NCBI GenBank assembly: GCA_963666565.1
Contig: OY762911.1
Coordinates: 4,640,001-4,704,000, forward strand
Direction of reading: 5' to 3'
Source: Thermoanaerobaculia bacterium
Lineage (GTDB): Bacteria > Acidobacteriota > Thermoanaerobaculia > Multivoradales > Multivoraceae
Length of the DNA: 64,000 nt
In this document: positions 62,117 through 64,000 of the stretch, one piece after another
Layout of the letters: the number at the start of each line of letters is the position of its first letter
Numbering within the stretch: position 1 is the first letter of the stretch
Notes under the pieces: model-generated
What the model saw: only the letters and a program-made list of their open reading frames with translations
What the model was told of the DNA's origin: nothing
The model's database searches: none
Made by a program: the position numbers and the translations under genes

Positions 62117-63424
62117 TCAGCCGATGCGCTCGATTTCGGCGCCGAGCGACCGCAGGCGCTCGTCGATCCGTTCGTAGCCGCGGTCGATCTGCTGCACGTT
62201 GTCGATCACGCTGCGGCCCTCGGCGCACAGGGCGGCGATCAGCATCGCCATGCCGGCGCGGATGTCCGGGCTCGTCATGTCCCGGCCGTACAGCTTTGAC
62301 GGCCCGCTGACCACGACGCGGTGCGGGTCGCAGAGCACGATCTGCGCCCCCATCGCCACCAGCCGGTCGACGAAGAACATGCGCGACTCGAACAGCTTCT
62401 CGTGGATCAGCACGGAGCCCCGGCTCTGGGTCGCGCCGACGACGGCGATGGAGGTCAGGTCGGCCGGGAACCCCGGCCACGGAGCGTCCTCGATCTTCGG
62501 GATCGCGCCTTGGAGGTCGGCGCGCACGCGCAGTTCCTGGCCGCCGGGGACGAACAGATCGCGGCCGTCGCCCCGGATCTCGAAGTCGATGCCCAGGCGG
62601 CCGAAGGCGATCCGGGTCGCCCGGTGGTCCAGCGGCCGCGCGTCGGGTATCCGCAGCTCGCCTCCCGTCACCGCCGCCAGCGTGACGAGCGATCCGACCT
62701 CGATGTAGTCGGGGCCGATCTCGAACTCGGCGCCGCCGAGCCGGTCGACTCCCTCGATCGTCAAGGCGTTCGTCCCGATGCCGTCGATCGGCACGCCCAT
62801 GGCCCGGAGCAACCGGCAGAGATCCTGCACGTGGGGCTCGCTCGCCGCGTTCAGAATCCTCGTCTCGCCTTCCGCCAGCGACGCCGCCATCACCGCGTTC
62901 TCGGTCCCGGTCACCGAGGCCTCGTCCAGGAAGATCTCGGCCCCGCGCAGACGCGCCCCGGCGCCCTCGACCCGGCACTCAAGCCCGCCGCGCGGACAGA
63001 GTTCGATGGCGGCGCCCAGGCGCTCCAGCGCCAGGACGTGCGTATCGATCCGCCGCCGGCCGATGACGTCGCCGCCCGGGGCCGGCATGTTCACGCGGCC
63101 GCGCCGCGCCAGCAGCGGCCCGGCCAGCAGGATGGAGGCGCGAATCGCCCTGCAGAGATCCGGGTCCGGATCGTCGTCGCCCAGGCCCGCGGCCCGGACC
63201 CGCACCGTGTCCTCGCCGGTGAACTCGGCCTCGGCGCCGAGCTGGCGAAGCAGGCCGACCTGCACCTCGACATCGCGGATCCGTGGCACGTTCCCGATCG
63301 TGACCTCCTCTTCCGTCAGAAGCGCCGCCGCCAGGACCGGCAGCGCCGCGTTCTTGTTGCCCCGCGCCCGCAGCGTGCCCGAGATCGGCCGGCCGCCTTC
63401 GATCACGAACTGGGAGCGCGGCAT
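62117..63424 (-). CDS. murA: UDP-N-acetylglucosamine 1-carboxyvinyltransferase
   Basis: [41 protein letters not shown] and IDRGYE. Confidence 0.95.
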   Translation of the reverse strand: MPRSQFVIEGGRPISGTLRARGNKNAALPVLAAALLTEEEVTIGNVPRIRDVEVQVGLLRQLGAEAEFTGEDTVRVRAAGLGDDDPDPDLCRAIRASILLAGPLLARRGRVNMPAPGGDVIGRRRIDTHVLALERLGAAIELCPRGGLECRVEGAGARLRGAEIFLDEASVTGTENAVMAASLAEGETRILNAASEPHVQDLCRLLRAMGVPIDGIGTNALTIEGVDRLGGAEFEIGPDYIEVGSLVTLAAVTGGELRIPDARPLDHRATRIAFGRLGIDFEIRGDGRDLFVPGGQELRVRADLQGAIPKIEDAPWPGFPADLTSIAVVGATQSRGSVLIHEKLFESRMFFVDRLVAMGAQIVLCDPHRVVVSGPSKLYGRDMTSPDIRAGMAMLIAALCAEGRSVIDNVQQIDRGYERIDERLRSLGAEIERIG

Positions 63425-63731
63425 GTGTCCGGCGGAGTCCATCGGGGCACTAGGAACTCGCGCCACAGGACGTAGCGAAGCGAGTGCTGCGGCGCGAGGT
63501 CATGGCGAGGTGGGGGCTGGGGCCGAACACGGAGTCTGCGACGGGTTCGGCGGCTCTAGTTGACCACAGGAACGCAATGCGGGCCGCGCCTGTTCCGGCA
63601 AGACCCGTCGGGCGCCCACTGCCGATGAAACTTCGACGGCGCGTTATCGTCGTATGAAGAAGCAGGACGAGGGCAAGCTGCCCCGAGCCTCGCCGAGCTG
63701 CAAGAGCAACAATCGACACGGGAGACCCGAC

Positions 63732-64000
63732 ATGAAGAACCGTCGCCGCCGATGGTCCGCTCCGGCGTTCGCCTTCCTGATCGCCCTCGCGCCCGCCGCC
63801 GTTCCGGCCCAGGAGGAGACCGGCGCCGTCCCGGCTCAGGAGGGCGCAGGCCAGAGCGAGGAAGAGAGATGGGAGGAGATCGGTCAACGCTGGCAGAAGT
63901 GGGGCGAGCAGTTCGCCCGGAGCTTCGAGAACGTCGACTGGGAATCCCATCGCGAGGGCTGGGAGAAGCACGGCCAGCAGTGGCAGGAATGGGGCGAACA
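63732..64000 (+). CDS. Hypothetical secreted Trp/Glu-rich protein, 3'-partial
   Basis: GGAG plus ATG; signal peptide MKNRRRRWSAPAFAFLIALAPAAVPA; frame stays open to the window end. Confidence 0.65.
   Translation, partial: MKNRRRRWSAPAFAFLIALAPAAVPAQEETGAVPAQEGAGQSEEERWEEIGQRWQKWGEQFARSFENVDWESHREGWEKHGQQWQEWGE

Overview
This is a 64 kb chromosomal window from a very GC-rich bacterium. The gene content (FN3-repeat autotransporter, box genes, many TA modules) is reminiscent of marine or host-associated Acidobacteriota-like lineages, but that assignment is inference only. Housekeeping genes (pheS, pheT, rsmE, aroC, deoC, murA, pdxH, pcm, galK) are interleaved with an RND efflux operon, a polyamine-type ABC transporter, boxC-boxB and a 1604-aa FN3/Ig autotransporter. 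Defence-type genes are scattered through the window: three type II TA pairs, a convergent type II R-M pair, a 1856-aa sacsin-like ATPase/DUF3883 nuclease and a Uma2 nuclease. About 11 copies of a REP-like double hairpin are present. No rRNA, tRNA, CRISPR array, transposase or integrase was recognised. The most notable observations are: (1) a MamK-like (not MreB-like) actin translationally coupled to a membrane-anchored peptidoglycan amidase, with no magnetosome genes in the window; (2) a three-gene operon of two paralogous QueG/reductive-dehalogenase-fold Fe-S proteins with unusual Cys spacing plus a small HTH protein; (3) a 19-codon, 5-Phe mini-ORF, derived from a duplicated pheS 3' end, coupled between pheS and pheT; (4) a REP element read in frame inside a TolC-family gene; (5) frequent leaderless-type promoters. 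All family assignments come from motif recognition, not database searches.
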